A stretch of DNA of 64,000 nucleotides. Source: an uncultured Marinilabiliaceae bacterium. GTDB taxonomy: Bacteria; Bacteroidota; Bacteroidia; Bacteroidales; Marinilabiliaceae. Where the stretch lies: assembly GCA_964534235.1 (NCBI GenBank), contig CAZHOT010000018.1, positions 2,019 to 66,018 on the forward strand. The letters run 5' to 3'. How positions within the stretch are numbered: position 1 is the first letter of the stretch; each line of letters begins with the position of its first letter. The notes below the pieces were generated by a model that was not told where the DNA came from, did not search any database, and saw only the letters and a list, made by a program, of their open reading frames with translations. This document shows, piece after piece, positions 38,152-49,520 of this stretch. Position numbers and translations under genes: made by a program.

Positions 38152-40260
38152 TTATTTAAGCAGCTCCACGTGACCCTTGACCTCCTTGAGGACCTCGGTG
38201 GCGATGGACTTGGCCACCTCGGCGTACTCGAGGAACTCCATGGACTGCGTGGCGCGTCCCGACGAGATGGTGCGGAGGACGGTGACGTAGCCGAAGAGCT
38301 CGGCGAGGGGCACCTTGGCCTTGATGATGCGCTGACCGTTCTTCTCTTCCATTCCCTCGACCTGTCCGCGGCGCTTGTTAAGGTCGCCGATGATGTCGCC
38401 CATGTACTCCTCCGGGGTGAGCACCTCGACCTTCATGATGGGCTCGAGCAGGACCGGGTTGGCCTTGGCGCAAGCCTCCTTGAACGCCTGGCGCGCGGCG
38501 AGCTCGAACGAGAGGGCGTCGGAGTCGACTGGGTGGAACGAGCCGTCGAGCAGGACGACCTTAAGGTTCTCGACGATGTAGCCGGCCAGGACACCATTGC
38601 GCATGGCGTCGGCAAAGCCTTTCTCGACGGCGGGGACGAACTCCTTGGGGACATTGCCGCCCTTAACCTCGTTGATGAACTGCAGGCCGTTCTTGTCCTC
38701 GTCGACGGGGCTGATGCGGACGATAATGTCGGCGAACTTGCCTCGGCCACCGGTCTGCTTCTTGAAGACCTCGCGGTGCTCGACGGTGCCCTTGATGGCC
38801 TCGCGGTAGGAGACCTGGGGGCGGCCCTCGTTGCACTCGACCTTGAACTCACGGCGGAGACGGTCGATGATGATGTCGAGGTGGAGCTCGCCCATGCCCT
38901 CGATGACGGTCTGACCCGTCTCCTCGTCGGTGTGGAAGCGGAACGTCGGGTCTTCCTCGGCGAGCTTGAGCAGGGCGTTGGTGAGCTTGTCCATGTCCTT
39001 GGTGCTCTTGGGCTCGACGGAGATGCCGATGACGGGCTCGGGGAAGTTCATGGACTCCAGGGCGATGGGCGCGGCCTCGTCGCAGAGGGAGTCACCCGTC
39101 TTGATGTCCTTGAAGCCCACGGCGGCGCCGATGTCGCCCGCGCCGATGAAGTCTAGCGGAATCTGCTTGTTGGACTTCATCTGATAGAGGCGCGCGATGC
39201 GCTCCTTCTTGTCGGTGCGTGTGTTGAGGACATAGGAGCCAGCGTCAATCTTGCCGGAGTAGACGCGGATGTACGCCAGGCGGCCGACAAACGGGTCGGT
39301 AGCAATCTTGAAAGCGAGGGTCGCCATGTGCTCGTCCTCGGAGTGGCGGCGCGTCTCGGGCTCGCCCGTGTGGGGGTTGGTGCCCTCGACGGGGGGCAGG
39401 TCGAGCGGCGACGGCAGGAATGTCACCACGCCGTCGAGAAGCCTCTGGACGCCCTTGTTGCGGAACGAAGAGCCGCAGAAGACGGGCGTGAGCGTCTGCT
39501 CGATGGTGGCCTTGCGGAGGCCGCGGAGCAGATCCTCCTCGGTGACGGAGTCGGGGTCGTCGAAGAACTTCTCCATGACCGTCTCGTCTTGCTCGGCGAC
39601 GGCCTCAATCATCTTGGCGCGCCACTCGGCGGCCTCCTCTTTGAGGCTCTCGCGGATGGGGCGATGCTCGAACGTCGAGCCGAGCGCGGCATGGTCCGTC
39701 CAGACAATCTCGGTGTTGGTGATGAGGTCCACGACACCCTCGAAGGTCTCCTCGGAGCCGATGGGGATGACGACGGGGACGGGGTTGGCCTTGAGCACCT
39801 CGCGGATTTGGCGCACGACGTCGAAGAAGTTGGCGCCCTGACGGTCCATCTTGTTGACGAAAGCGATGCGCGGGACGTTGTATCGCGTGGCCTGGTGCCA
39901 GACCGTCTCAGACTGGGGCTGGACGCCGCCGACGGCGCAGAAGAGTGCCACGGCGCCGTCGAGGATGCGGAGCGAGCGCTCGACCTCGACGGTGAAGTCG
40001 ACGTGGCCCGGAGTGTCGATGATGTTGATCTTGTACCCTTGGCCCTTGTAGTTCCAGGTGGTGGTGACGGCAGCCGAGGTTATGGTGATGCCTCGCTCCT
40101 GCTCCTGGACCATCCAGTCCATCGTCGCCGCGCCATCGTGGACCTCGCCCAGCTTGTGCGTAATCCCGGTGTAGAAGAGGATGCGCTCCGTGGTCGTGGT
40201 CTTACCGGCATCGATGTGGGCCATGATGCCGATGTTGCGGGTAAATTTAAGGTCAGGCAT
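38152..40260 (-). CDS. fusA: Elongation factor G
   Basis: 702 aa. Contains [24 protein letters not shown] and DTPGHVDF. Confidence 0.98.
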   Translation of the reverse strand: MPDLKFTRNIGIMAHIDAGKTTTTERILFYTGITHKLGEVHDGAATMDWMVQEQERGITITSAAVTTTWNYKGQGYKINIIDTPGHVDFTVEVERSLRILDGAVALFCAVGGVQPQSETVWHQATRYNVPRIAFVNKMDRQGANFFDVVRQIREVLKANPVPVVIPIGSEETFEGVVDLITNTEIVWTDHAALGSTFEHRPIRESLKEEAAEWRAKMIEAVAEQDETVMEKFFDDPDSVTEEDLLRGLRKATIEQTLTPVFCGSSFRNKGVQRLLDGVVTFLPSPLDLPPVEGTNPHTGEPETRRHSEDEHMATLAFKIATDPFVGRLAYIRVYSGKIDAGSYVLNTRTDKKERIARLYQMKSNKQIPLDFIGAGDIGAAVGFKDIKTGDSLCDEAAPIALESMNFPEPVIGISVEPKSTKDMDKLTNALLKLAEEDPTFRFHTDEETGQTVIEGMGELHLDIIIDRLRREFKVECNEGRPQVSYREAIKGTVEHREVFKKQTGGRGKFADIIVRISPVDEDKNGLQFINEVKGGNVPKEFVPAVEKGFADAMRNGVLAGYIVENLKVVLLDGSFHPVDSDALSFELAARQAFKEACAKANPVLLEPIMKVEVLTPEEYMGDIIGDLNKRRGQVEGMEEKNGQRIIKAKVPLAELFGYVTVLRTISSGRATQSMEFLEYAEVAKSIATEVLKEVKGHVELLK

Positions 40261-40281
40261 GACTTATATTAAAGGTAAAGG

Positions 40282-40758
40282 TTAGAAACGGAAATGTGCG
40301 AAGGCGCGGTTGGCGTCTGCCATCTTGTGCATGTCCTCCTTGCGCTTGAAAGCGCCGCCCTCCTGGTTGTATGCCGCCGCGATCTCGGCAGCCAGCTTCT
40401 CGGCCATGGAGTGCCCGCTGCGCTTGCGCGCGTAGAGAATCATGTTCTTGATGGAGAGCGTCACCTTGCGGTCGGGACGAATCTCGGTCGGAACCTGGAA
40501 CGTGGCGCCACCCACACGGCGGCTCTTGACCTCGACCATGGGGGTGATGTTCTCCAGGGCCTTCTTGAAGAACTCGAGGGGCTGCTTGCCCTCCTTCTCG
40601 GCCTTGGGCGCTATGGCGTCCATGGCGTTGTAGAAAATCCCGAAAGCCTTGGACTTCTTGCCGTCATACATGAGGTTGTTGACGAACTGCGTCACGAGGA
40701 CGTCGCCAAACTTGGGGTCGGGGAGGAGGACTCTCTTCTTAGGCTTAGACTTGCGCAT
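40282..40758 (-). CDS. rpsG: 30S ribosomal protein S7
   Basis: Contains [36 protein letters not shown]. Confidence 0.97.
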   Translation of the reverse strand: MRKSKPKKRVLLPDPKFGDVLVTQFVNNLMYDGKKSKAFGIFYNAMDAIAPKAEKEGKQPLEFFKKALENITPMVEVKSRRVGGATFQVPTEIRPDRKVTLSIKNMILYARKRSGHSMAEKLAAEIAAAYNQEGGAFKRKEDMHKMADANRAFAHFRF

Positions 40759-40939
40759 TATCTTACAGTCTGTTTATCAGCTTCTTCATCAGCTGTCAAT
40801 CAAAGCGTGTCTTCAACCGCCGCATTCGGCGATTTACTCAACCGTGAGCAACAACCGACAAACAGAAGACTGGCTTGTTGAAAATTAAAATCTCTGCGGA
40901 GGCTTGCGTAATTTGGGCTGCGCCCCCGCGCGCAACCCG

Positions 40940-41350
40940 CTATTTCTTCTTAGCCCCTGCTGCCGCGCCGGCCTTTCCGGCCTTAGGACGCTTGGTGCCA
41001 TACTTCGAGCGGCACTTGTTGCGGCCGTCGACACCCGACGCGTCGAGAGCGCCGCGGACGAGGTGGTAGCGCACACCGGGGAGGTCCTTGACGCGGCCAC
41101 CGCGGACGAGGACGATGGAGTGCTCCTGGAGGTTGTGCCCCTCGCCAGGGATGTAGGCGTTGACCTCCTTGCCGTTGGTGAGGCGGACGCGCGCCACCTT
41201 GCGCATTGCGGAGTTAGGCTTCTTCGGGGTCGTTGTGTAGACGCGGACGCAGACGCCGCGCCTTTGCGGGCAAGAGTCGAGCGCCGGCGACTTGCTCGTC
41301 ACCTCCAGCGTTGCGCGGCCCTTGCGGACGAGCTGTTGAATTGTTGGCAT
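40940..41350 (-). CDS. rpsL: 30S ribosomal protein S12
   Basis: Contains [12 protein letters not shown]...[19 protein letters not shown]...[15 protein letters not shown]. Confidence 0.97.
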   Translation of the reverse strand: MPTIQQLVRKGRATLEVTSKSPALDSCPQRRGVCVRVYTTTPKKPNSAMRKVARVRLTNGKEVNAYIPGEGHNLQEHSIVLVRGGRVKDLPGVRYHLVRGALDASGVDGRNKCRSKYGTKRPKAGKAGAAAGAKKK

Positions 41351-41616
41351 TTCTATTTTTAACCTTTAATGAATCAAGCAGTTACGCACGACGACCCTGC
41401 GACAGGGCACAATCGGGCATAATTTTCGGTTGCGAAGTTACGACATTTGCGCCAAACAGGCAAAGAAAATGCGCTGATAATCAATTGACAGTAGGCATGG
41501 GAGACATCGGGCGCGCCCGGACGGCGGCGCTAAAAAATCGAGATTAACTCGAGGGGCGACGCCCGGCGCACGCGCCATTCGCCGAGGCTGCGGGAGCGCG
41601 CGAATCAGCCCCCCGC

Positions 41617-41660
41617 AAAAAAAAAGAAAGGCTCCCCGGCATCATGGATGCCGGGGAGCC
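41617..41660 (-). terminator. Rho-independent terminator of gap
   Basis: A perfect 14-bp stem GGCTCCCCGGCATC/GATGCCGGGGAGCC with a 3-nt loop is followed on the minus strand by TTTCTTTTTTTTT. It lies 27 nt after the gap stop. Confidence 0.85.
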
Positions 41661-41686
41661 GATATCGGGTCGTCTAGACCGCCGAA

Positions 41687-42703
<1,017 letters not shown>

Positions 42704-42770
42704 TTATATGATTATGTCTTTATTACACAACGCATGAAAAGGGGACTCGCGCACCCTCTCCAAGCCTCGC

Positions 42771-42905
42771 CTAGGCCACACCCGAAGCGGTGTTCTGCAC
42801 TGCCAGGACTTGGCTATAGGCCGGACACTCCTGCGAGCTGCCGCACGAGGTGAGGAGCAGCACCGCCGTGGCGAGCAAGGCTCCGAGCAACAATACCCTT
42901 TTCAT
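42771..42905 (-). CDS. Putative small lipoprotein (44 aa)
   Basis: Not in the ORF track. The minus strand translates to MKRVLLLGALLATAVLLLTSCGSSQECPAYSQVLAVQNTASGVA, with a clean signal peptide and lipobox LTSC. Confidence 0.4.
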   Translation of the reverse strand: MKRVLLLGALLATAVLLLTSCGSSQECPAYSQVLAVQNTASGVA

Positions 42906-43015
42906 ATCAAAACTCAATTTTGGTGACGCTAAATTAGCTATTTGTTCCATACCGAGAAAGGCGGCGCGCCGCCAGAGGAGGTTAAAAAGTCTTTCGGCCG
43001 CCGTCGCAGTCGCTT

Positions 43016-43204
43016 TTACGCCGCGTCAACGCCCCGGGTTTCAACGCCGAGGGGCATATGCGCCACACAGGCCACCAGGGCCCGGCACCCCCCATAGCGC
43101 GGCTTCTTGCCACCCCAGCCCCTGCCGCCCGAGCACGAACACGCCCCGGCAACCAGCAGGGCCGCGACGGCGAGCATGGCGAATCGTCTCTTTCTCTTCT
43201 GCAT
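43016..43204 (-). CDS. Putative small lipoprotein (62 aa)
   Basis: MQKRKRRFAMLAVAALLVAGACSCSGGRGWGGKKPRYGGC... has a basic n-region, a hydrophobic core and Cys after AGA. ATG at 43204. High-GC ORF, so it may be spurious. Confidence 0.3.
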   Translation of the reverse strand: MQKRKRRFAMLAVAALLVAGACSCSGGRGWGGKKPRYGGCRALVACVAHMPLGVETRGVDAA

Positions 43205-43225
43205 ATAGTCAGTTTTTGGTTTCAC

Positions 43226-44218
43226 TCAGCCTTTGACCTCGCACTCCAGCGGGCGTCCCGCCGCGAAGGCGCTGATGCTGTCGAGCGTCGTCTTGCCTAT
43301 GTTGCGCAAGGCCTCGCGGGTGAAGAACGCCTGATGCGACGTGACGATGACGTTTGGCATCATTAGCAGCAGGGCGAGCTTGTCGTCGTCAATCATCTTG
43401 TCGGAGCGGTCTTCGTAGAAGTAGTTCTGCTCCTCCTCGTAGACGTCGAGACCTGCCGAGCCTACCTTGTGGGAACGTAGGCCGGCAATGAGGTCCTCGG
43501 TTCGTATGAGCTTGCCCCTGCCGGTGTTGATAATCATGACCCCGTCTTTCATCTTTGCGATGGAGGCGCTGTTTATCATAAACTTGCTCTCGTCGGTCAG
43601 CGGGCAGTGGAGCGAGATGATGTCGCTCTGCGCATAGAGCTCGTCGAGGGCGACGAACTCCACCCCGTTGGTCCTGGCGAACCCCTCGTCGTGGTGGACG
43701 TCGAAGGCCAAGACCCTCAACCCCATGGCCCGGAGCGTGACGGCCAGCACCCTGGAGATCCGCCCCAGGCCGACAAGCCCGGCCGTCTTGCCGCACATGT
43801 CGAAGCCCAGGAGCCCCCCGAGGCGGAAGTTTCCCTCGCGGGTGCGCGCCACGGAGCGGTATACCTTGCGGTTGAGCGTGAGCATGAGCGTCAGCGCATA
43901 TTCGGCCACGGCGTGGGGCGAGTAGGCCGGCACCCTCACCACCCTGACGCGCCCCGCGGCGGCATTGAGGTCGACGTTGTTGAAGCCGGCGCAGCGCAAC
44001 GCGATCAGCCCCACGCCGCACTCCACGAGCCGGTCTATCACCGCGGCGTCGCACTCGGCGTTGACGAAGATGCAGACCGCGTCCATGCCCCGGGCGAGCC
44101 CGACGGTGCGGATGGAGAGGCGCTCCTTGAAGTAGTGGAGGTCGAACCCATAGTCTTTGTTGAGAGCGTCGAACGACTCGCGGTCGTAGCTCTTGGCGTC
44201 GAAGACGGCGACTTTCAT
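43226..44218 (-). CDS. ldhA: D-lactate dehydrogenase / D-isomer-specific 2-hydroxyacid dehydrogenase
   Basis: Collinear with E. coli LdhA as I recall it: MKVAVFDAKSYDRE, ALRCAGFNNVDL, VRVPAYSPHAVAEYAL, GKTAGLVGLGRI, SLHCPLT, GLDVYEEE, TSHQAFFT. ATG at 44218 preferred (alternative 44233). Confidence 0.92.
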   Translation of the reverse strand: MKVAVFDAKSYDRESFDALNKDYGFDLHYFKERLSIRTVGLARGMDAVCIFVNAECDAAVIDRLVECGVGLIALRCAGFNNVDLNAAAGRVRVVRVPAYSPHAVAEYALTLMLTLNRKVYRSVARTREGNFRLGGLLGFDMCGKTAGLVGLGRISRVLAVTLRAMGLRVLAFDVHHDEGFARTNGVEFVALDELYAQSDIISLHCPLTDESKFMINSASIAKMKDGVMIINTGRGKLIRTEDLIAGLRSHKVGSAGLDVYEEEQNYFYEDRSDKMIDDDKLALLLMMPNVIVTSHQAFFTREALRNIGKTTLDSISAFAAGRPLECEVKG

Positions 44219-44317
44219 TTTCTTACTTTTCATAGACGTGCAAATGTGACTGGATTGGCAAATGTAGACAAAAAGCGGTTTCGTCGGAAGCCGCCACGGC
44301 CCCATTTTCGCCCGCCC

Positions 44318-47041
44318 CTACCGTCCGGCCGCCACTTTTGCCACCCTGCCGTCGCACCAGACCACGTAGAGACCCCTCCGCGGCAGGGAGAGCCTGTCGG
44401 CACGCGTCTCGGCAAGCATCCGCCCCCCGGCGTCGAAGAGCCTCTTGACCTTGCCCTCGGCCCCGCGGACCACGACCTCGCCGCCCACGACGGCGACGCA
44501 CAAGGGGGCGGGCTCGACGACCGGGGTGGACGTCGGGCCAAACTCCACCTCGATGGTCTTGCCGCCGCGATAGACGAACGTGGCGCACGTGTCGCCCAGG
44601 GCCGCGACGGGCTCACTTCCCATCAGCACCCTGGCCGGCTTGGATCGGTAGCGAATCGTGATGCTGTCGCCCCCATTGGCGAACACGGGATGCCGCAACG
44701 TGGTGTCGGCGTCGCCCACGCCGCGCTTTATGTAGACCTGCACCCGGTAGAGCGCCGCGGTGGAGTCGGCGGCGGGGACCGGGACGCGCTCGCCCTGCGC
44801 CCAATATGGCCTGTAGGCACCCGTGAAGCCCGCCCCCTGGTGGTTGAGCCAATTGGCGACGGTGCCGTCGGCAAACTGCTTGTCGGAGAAGAAGCACTCG
44901 CCCTGCGAATATTCGGACGTGTCGCGGGGCTCGGGCGCCGTGGCCACGGCGCTATTGCGGGCCGCCACCTTGGTGTTGCTCCTCTTCTTGTTGCGCCCTG
45001 TGGCGAGATTCTGCTTGATGGGGATCATCTTCTTGTTGCGCCCCGTGGTTCGCAGCGAGTCGATGAAAATGTAGCCCGAAAGCGCGGCGCCGTCGTTCTC
45101 GCCGACAAGGGAAATGACCACGGCTGTGTCCCCCAGCCTCTTCAAGTCCTGCTCGTCGACAATGACGTCGCCAAAGACCGCCACATTGGTCATGGACCCG
45201 CTGTTGACCCCGGCCAGGAGATGCACATGGACGGTGTCTGCCGACCGATGGAAGTGGCTGTCGGCGGGCGACACATAGAGCAGCGCGTCGGTCAGCGCCA
45301 AGTTGCTCACCCGCCCGCCCACGGCCACGGAGTCGAAGAGGCCGGAAGTCCGCGCCGCTAGTTTGCGCACCTCGGCCCCATCGAAGCGGCCGCGGAACGA
45401 CGGCACGGGCGGGAGGCTGTCCAACACGGCGGCGATGTTGCCGCTCGTCAGAGTGTCCATGCCAAGGGGCGCGGCGGCGTAGACCAGGCCCCGCGACACC
45501 GTCACCGTCGCCCCTTGGTAGAAGTCGGTATTGGCGTCGGCCAACGTGTTGAAGACGCCCCAAAAAGCCGACGTGTCGGAGACCGAGACCGAGACGCTCC
45601 CCGTCTGCGCGTCGGCACTGACGCCCACCACACGGTCGCGCATTGTCGGCACGGGGTATCGGCAGAAATGGTTGCTATACTGGTCGGGGACGGGCCCGAC
45701 ATTGAAAGTCCACTTGGCCGGGTCCTTGAACTTATAGAGGTTGTCGTCGGTGGCCCAGAGGGGCGACAAAGCGTCGTCCTCGGCGAGCGAGAGGGGCGTC
45801 ATGGACTTCCGGCTCTCCTCGTCCCACTTCTCGGCGAGGGAATAGGAGTCGTCTCCATAGCAAAAGACGACATCGGCACCCTGCTTCCACAACCCGGGCC
45901 ATCCCGGAACATAGGGGTCTTGCCCCCAGTCGTCGTCGGGAGAGTCCGCGGGAGGCGCCTCGGCTAGCATCTGCGGCGGGCAGAGGTTGACAACGCCGGT
46001 GGCGGGCTTGTCCACACGCCCAAGCCAGGAGACGGACAAGTCGGGCGCCTGGGGCTTGCCCCCCTCCCCCACGGCCGGGTCGAGACGGTCTTGGGTGGCC
46101 TGGGTTGGCGCGTAGACGATTCTCTTGTTGAGCACGAACAGGCTGTTGACCGGCTCGCCCTGAATGACGTTCCCGACGTAGCAATCGGAGATTGTCCCCT
46201 GCGAGTGGCCCGCCACAAGGCCCAAATGGAAAGACTTGATGAAGTATGAAGACTCGATTTTGACCTCGGACATCTGCCGCCCGTCGTCCATTTTGGCCAT
46301 TTGGGCCGCATCATGCTCCGAATACGTCTCCATCATTCTCGCCGCAACGTGGCACGACGAAATCGTGCCGAGATTCTCACCCACAAGTCCGCCAATCATG
46401 ACCTTGCAGTCCTGCTCCATGCTCTTCATTATTATCTCCTTGAGGTTGAGAGACAAGTCGGCCGTGGCGAGGACGCCGTCGATGGCGCCCTTGTTCACCC
46501 TGGCGAGGCCTCCGAACGTGGCAGAATGGTCGACCACGGCCGCGACGCAGATGGACAAGTTCCGCACCGAGCCTTTCTCGGTGATGGTGTCGATGAGCGG
46601 CTTATGCTCCGTATTGTTGTGGAAGACAATCCGATGCCCATTGCCGTTGAGCGGCACGGGCAGACTGACGATGGTCTTATGGAACACCGAGGGGGGAGGG
46701 TCCAACTCGGGGAGATTGACCAGGGCGTCCGCCTTGGGGATGCCGCCGGGCACATCACCAGAGGCCTGGAAGAAGACGACGCTGGTGGGTGGGTCGCTAA
46801 GGTCTAGGTCGGCGACAATCTCGATGCCGACAATCTGGCTTGGATTGTCGATGAGGGCGTAGCAGGTTTTGTCCCACTGCTCGGGCGTCGCCACAATCGA
46901 AATGCCGTCTACGATGTTCATCCCCTCCTTGTAGTCTGTGGGGACAGTGACACTTTGCGCCGCGGCGGAGACGGCGGCCGACGCGAGCATGGCGACGGCA
47001 GGGAAAAGGCGGAAGGGACTCTTCATGGTAGTTAGTTGCAT
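44318..47041 (-). CDS. Large secreted GLUG-motif repeat protein with T9SS C-terminal sorting domain
   Basis: The signal peptide is MKSPFRLFPAVAMLASAAVSAAAQS (alternative start 47026). Five GLUG-like repeats are present: FGGLARVNKGAIDGV, IGGLVGENLGTISSCHV, LGLVAGHSQGTISDCYV, HLLAGVNSGSMTNVAV and ISLVGENDGAALSGYI. The CTD-like end is RRGLYVVWCDGRVAKVAAGR. A TATATTTG box lies at 47084-47091 (minus). Confidence 0.75.
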   Translation of the reverse strand: MQLTTMKSPFRLFPAVAMLASAAVSAAAQSVTVPTDYKEGMNIVDGISIVATPEQWDKTCYALIDNPSQIVGIEIVADLDLSDPPTSVVFFQASGDVPGGIPKADALVNLPELDPPPSVFHKTIVSLPVPLNGNGHRIVFHNNTEHKPLIDTITEKGSVRNLSICVAAVVDHSATFGGLARVNKGAIDGVLATADLSLNLKEIIMKSMEQDCKVMIGGLVGENLGTISSCHVAARMMETYSEHDAAQMAKMDDGRQMSEVKIESSYFIKSFHLGLVAGHSQGTISDCYVGNVIQGEPVNSLFVLNKRIVYAPTQATQDRLDPAVGEGGKPQAPDLSVSWLGRVDKPATGVVNLCPPQMLAEAPPADSPDDDWGQDPYVPGWPGLWKQGADVVFCYGDDSYSLAEKWDEESRKSMTPLSLAEDDALSPLWATDDNLYKFKDPAKWTFNVGPVPDQYSNHFCRYPVPTMRDRVVGVSADAQTGSVSVSVSDTSAFWGVFNTLADANTDFYQGATVTVSRGLVYAAAPLGMDTLTSGNIAAVLDSLPPVPSFRGRFDGAEVRKLAARTSGLFDSVAVGGRVSNLALTDALLYVSPADSHFHRSADTVHVHLLAGVNSGSMTNVAVFGDVIVDEQDLKRLGDTAVVISLVGENDGAALSGYIFIDSLRTTGRNKKMIPIKQNLATGRNKKRSNTKVAARNSAVATAPEPRDTSEYSQGECFFSDKQFADGTVANWLNHQGAGFTGAYRPYWAQGERVPVPAADSTAALYRVQVYIKRGVGDADTTLRHPVFANGGDSITIRYRSKPARVLMGSEPVAALGDTCATFVYRGGKTIEVEFGPTSTPVVEPAPLCVAVVGGEVVVRGAEGKVKRLFDAGGRMLAETRADRLSLPRRGLYVVWCDGRVAKVAAGR

Positions 47042-47162
47042 TTTGCATCAGGACTATACGATATGTCATATTAGGGGATGGTGCAAATATATGAAAACGA
47101 AGTGGCGATTTATCTCCGCGAGAGAGATAAATCGCCACAAATCAACGCGTTGGACAATATTG

Positions 47163-47723
47163 TCAATCCGTTTGCCGAATCCGCTTGCCCAATATTTGCT
47201 GAATCTTCTTTTCCGTCCGCACCTTTATCGACATCAGCGCATAGGGGATGTCGGGCTCGTCGTCGAGCATCTGCAAAACGCCACTAAGCTCGCAGAGGAG
47301 CTCCGGCCAATGGCGGCACATGGCGAAAGCCAACTTGACGCACGCTGCCCTCACCGCCGGCTTCTCGGAGCAGGCGGAGATCTTGGCGAGGCAGAAGTCG
47401 AGGAAGTCCGCATTGACACTGCCCTGCCCGAAAGGCTGCTCCACGAGCAGGCCGAGCATCAAGCGAAGCCGCGACGAGTCCGCCTCGCCCATGGCCATGC
47501 TTACAAGCTGGCCTTGCTTGTCGAGCAGCCACCCACGCCCTGCCGGCCCCAGGTGGGTCATGACCCACAGGGCGTTGTACGAGACGCGCCCGCCGCCGCT
47601 GGCTGCTATGCCCCACAGCTCGGCGAGGGCCTCCGGCGAGTCGCACTCGGCGGCGACGCGGCGCACATATTGCACGCCGTATTCCGACATCTTGACGCTC
47701 AACCGTTCCTCCAAGCCCTCCAT
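47163..47723 (-). CDS. Hypothetical protein (all-alpha, HEAT/ARM-like repeats)
   Basis: A 186-aa ORF with coherent codon usage and a Leu/Ala-rich helical pattern. No family recognised with confidence. Confidence 0.55.
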   Translation of the reverse strand: MEGLEERLSVKMSEYGVQYVRRVAAECDSPEALAELWGIAASGGGRVSYNALWVMTHLGPAGRGWLLDKQGQLVSMAMGEADSSRLRLMLGLLVEQPFGQGSVNADFLDFCLAKISACSEKPAVRAACVKLAFAMCRHWPELLCELSGVLQMLDDEPDIPYALMSIKVRTEKKIQQILGKRIRQTD

Positions 47724-47736
47724 GCCCGCAATGGGA

Positions 47737-48768
47737 TTATCTCTCGCGCGCCGCCTCTGTGAACGCCTCCATGATTTCCGTCGGGCGGCCGTCTTTGAAA
47801 GCCCCCAGCGGATATGCCCCCTCGAGCTCGGGCGCCCAATAGAAGACCCCGTGGCAATGCCCCCCGGTCTTGTCTCGCGAGGCCTTGATAATCTTGCTCA
47901 TGAGCGCCTTGCCCTCCTTTGGCTTGGCGGCCAGGACCCCTGTCTCGACAACGATGGCGTCGGTGCCATACTTCTCTGCCATGCGGACAATGTTCGCGGT
48001 GAAGCGCTCTATGGTCTCGTCGTCGGTCTTCGTCAGCCCCGCCTCATGGTCCCAATAGGGGTAGACGCTGACGCCGATGACGTCCCACTTGGCCCCATGC
48101 TGGCGCAGGCCGTCGAAGATGAAATCGTAGCGGGCGGGGTCGCAACCCCCGTCGAGATGGACAATGACCTGCGCATCGGGGAATACGGCCTTGACGGCAT
48201 CGTAGCCCGCCTGGGTGAGCCCGGCGTAGGCCTCCATGTCGTCTTCGGCCTTGGCCTTGGGCCACAAGAAGCCGTGCGTCGTCTCGTTTCCGACCTGCAC
48301 CCACCGCACGTCGATGTCGGCGTCGCGGAGCATCCGCAGCGTGTGGCGGGTGTGGTTGGCGAGCGCCGTCTTGAGCTCGTCGACCGAGTAGTACTGCCAC
48401 GCCCCGGGCGTCGGTTGCTTGCCGGGGTCTGCCCACCAGTCGCTGTAGTGGAAGTCGACCATTACGGCCATGCCGTAGTATCTCGCCCTCTTAGCCATCT
48501 GCAGCACGTCGTCGGGGCCGCAGAAGCCCCCCTCGGGGTTGACCCATACGCGCAGGCGCACGGCGTTGAGACCGAGTTCGCTCATGAGGGCGGTGTTCTC
48601 GCGGATCTCGCCCTTGGCGTTGTAGAGCCTGCCTCCCCTCGCCTCAATCTCGGAAGTGCCGCTTATGTCGGCGCCCAGCCAAAAAACATCTTGCGCCCGC
48701 ACGGGGACGTCCACCGCCGCGGCCAGCAACAATGCGGCCACAGCCGACATCAGATGCGCTTTATGCAT
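47737..48768 (-). CDS. Arabinogalactan endo-beta-1,4-galactanase (GH53)
   Basis: Has a signal peptide. Contains GADISGTSEIEARG, NAVRLRVWVNP, VDFHYSDWWADPGKQ and WVQVGNETTHG (catalytic Glu). Confidence 0.88.
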   Translation of the reverse strand: MHKAHLMSAVAALLLAAAVDVPVRAQDVFWLGADISGTSEIEARGGRLYNAKGEIRENTALMSELGLNAVRLRVWVNPEGGFCGPDDVLQMAKRARYYGMAVMVDFHYSDWWADPGKQPTPGAWQYYSVDELKTALANHTRHTLRMLRDADIDVRWVQVGNETTHGFLWPKAKAEDDMEAYAGLTQAGYDAVKAVFPDAQVIVHLDGGCDPARYDFIFDGLRQHGAKWDVIGVSVYPYWDHEAGLTKTDDETIERFTANIVRMAEKYGTDAIVVETGVLAAKPKEGKALMSKIIKASRDKTGGHCHGVFYWAPELEGAYPLGAFKDGRPTEIMEAFTEAARER

Positions 48769-49517
48769 AGTAGTTTGTGTGTATATTGTTGACGCTCAAA
48801 ATTGTATATCCCTTTCTCGTCGAGGATGTCTGTCCGCACGGCGCCCGAGGCGTGGACAATCTTGCCCCCGCCCATGCAGATGCCGACATGGCACACCGCC
48901 CCCGACGGCTTTTGGAAGAACGCCACGTCGCCCTCCGCCGCCTGGGCCAGGGGGATCTCACTGCCCGACAAGACCTGCTCCGAGGCGTCGCGCGGCAGTG
49001 CCTTGCGGCACATCTTGAAAGCAATCTGCACAAGCCCGGAGCAGTCGATGCCGAAAAACGTCCGCCCGCCCCACAAGTAGGGCGCGCCGAGCATGGACAG
49101 CGCCGCACGGGCGGGGTTGCCCAACGGCGGCGCGGAGCAGAGCCCCCCCAGGTCATATCCTCGCCCGCACATGACAGCCGACCTGGCATCGTCGGCGACA
49201 CCGAAAATCTCCGAACCGGCGGTGAGCAACATGGGCGCCGCAGCCCCGTCGGGCACGACTTGCGCAAAACGCTCCGCCAAGGGACGCCGCCCCGCGTCGG
49301 CCGCCCACGCCTCGACCACCTCGGCGCCCTGCGGCTGGAGGAGCTTGGCGTCGACCCACCCCGTGTAGTTGTCGAACACGGTCTGGACGCGCGCCCATTG
49401 CTCCCGGACCTCGAGGATGTGGTAGCCCTCGCCGAAGAGAATCTGGCTGACCATCTCCGCGGCCTCGGCGGGCTTGGCGCGCATGGGGACGAACCCATAT
49501 GTGCAAATGCCGTCCAT
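48750..49517 (-). CDS. C40 family peptidase (NlpC/P60) with N-terminal SH3b-like domain
   Basis: Contains VPMRAKPAEAAEMVSQILFGE, YLWGGRTFFGIDCSGLVQ (catalytic Cys) and HVGICMGGGKIVHASG. Confidence 0.9.
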   Translation of the reverse strand: MDGICTYGFVPMRAKPAEAAEMVSQILFGEGYHILEVREQWARVQTVFDNYTGWVDAKLLQPQGAEVVEAWAADAGRRPLAERFAQVVPDGAAAPMLLTAGSEIFGVADDARSAVMCGRGYDLGGLCSAPPLGNPARAALSMLGAPYLWGGRTFFGIDCSGLVQIAFKMCRKALPRDASEQVLSGSEIPLAQAAEGDVAFFQKPSGAVCHVGICMGGGKIVHASGAVRTDILDEKGIYNFERQQYTHKLLCIKRI

Positions 49518-49520
49518 AGG

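Noticed and set aside
41351-41616. The 265-nt gap-rpsL spacer as a possible riboswitch or ncRNA.
   Set aside because: It contains only a plausible promoter and a small CCCTG/CAGGG hairpin. I recognise no conserved RNA motif, and its length is explained by a terminator plus promoter plus leader.
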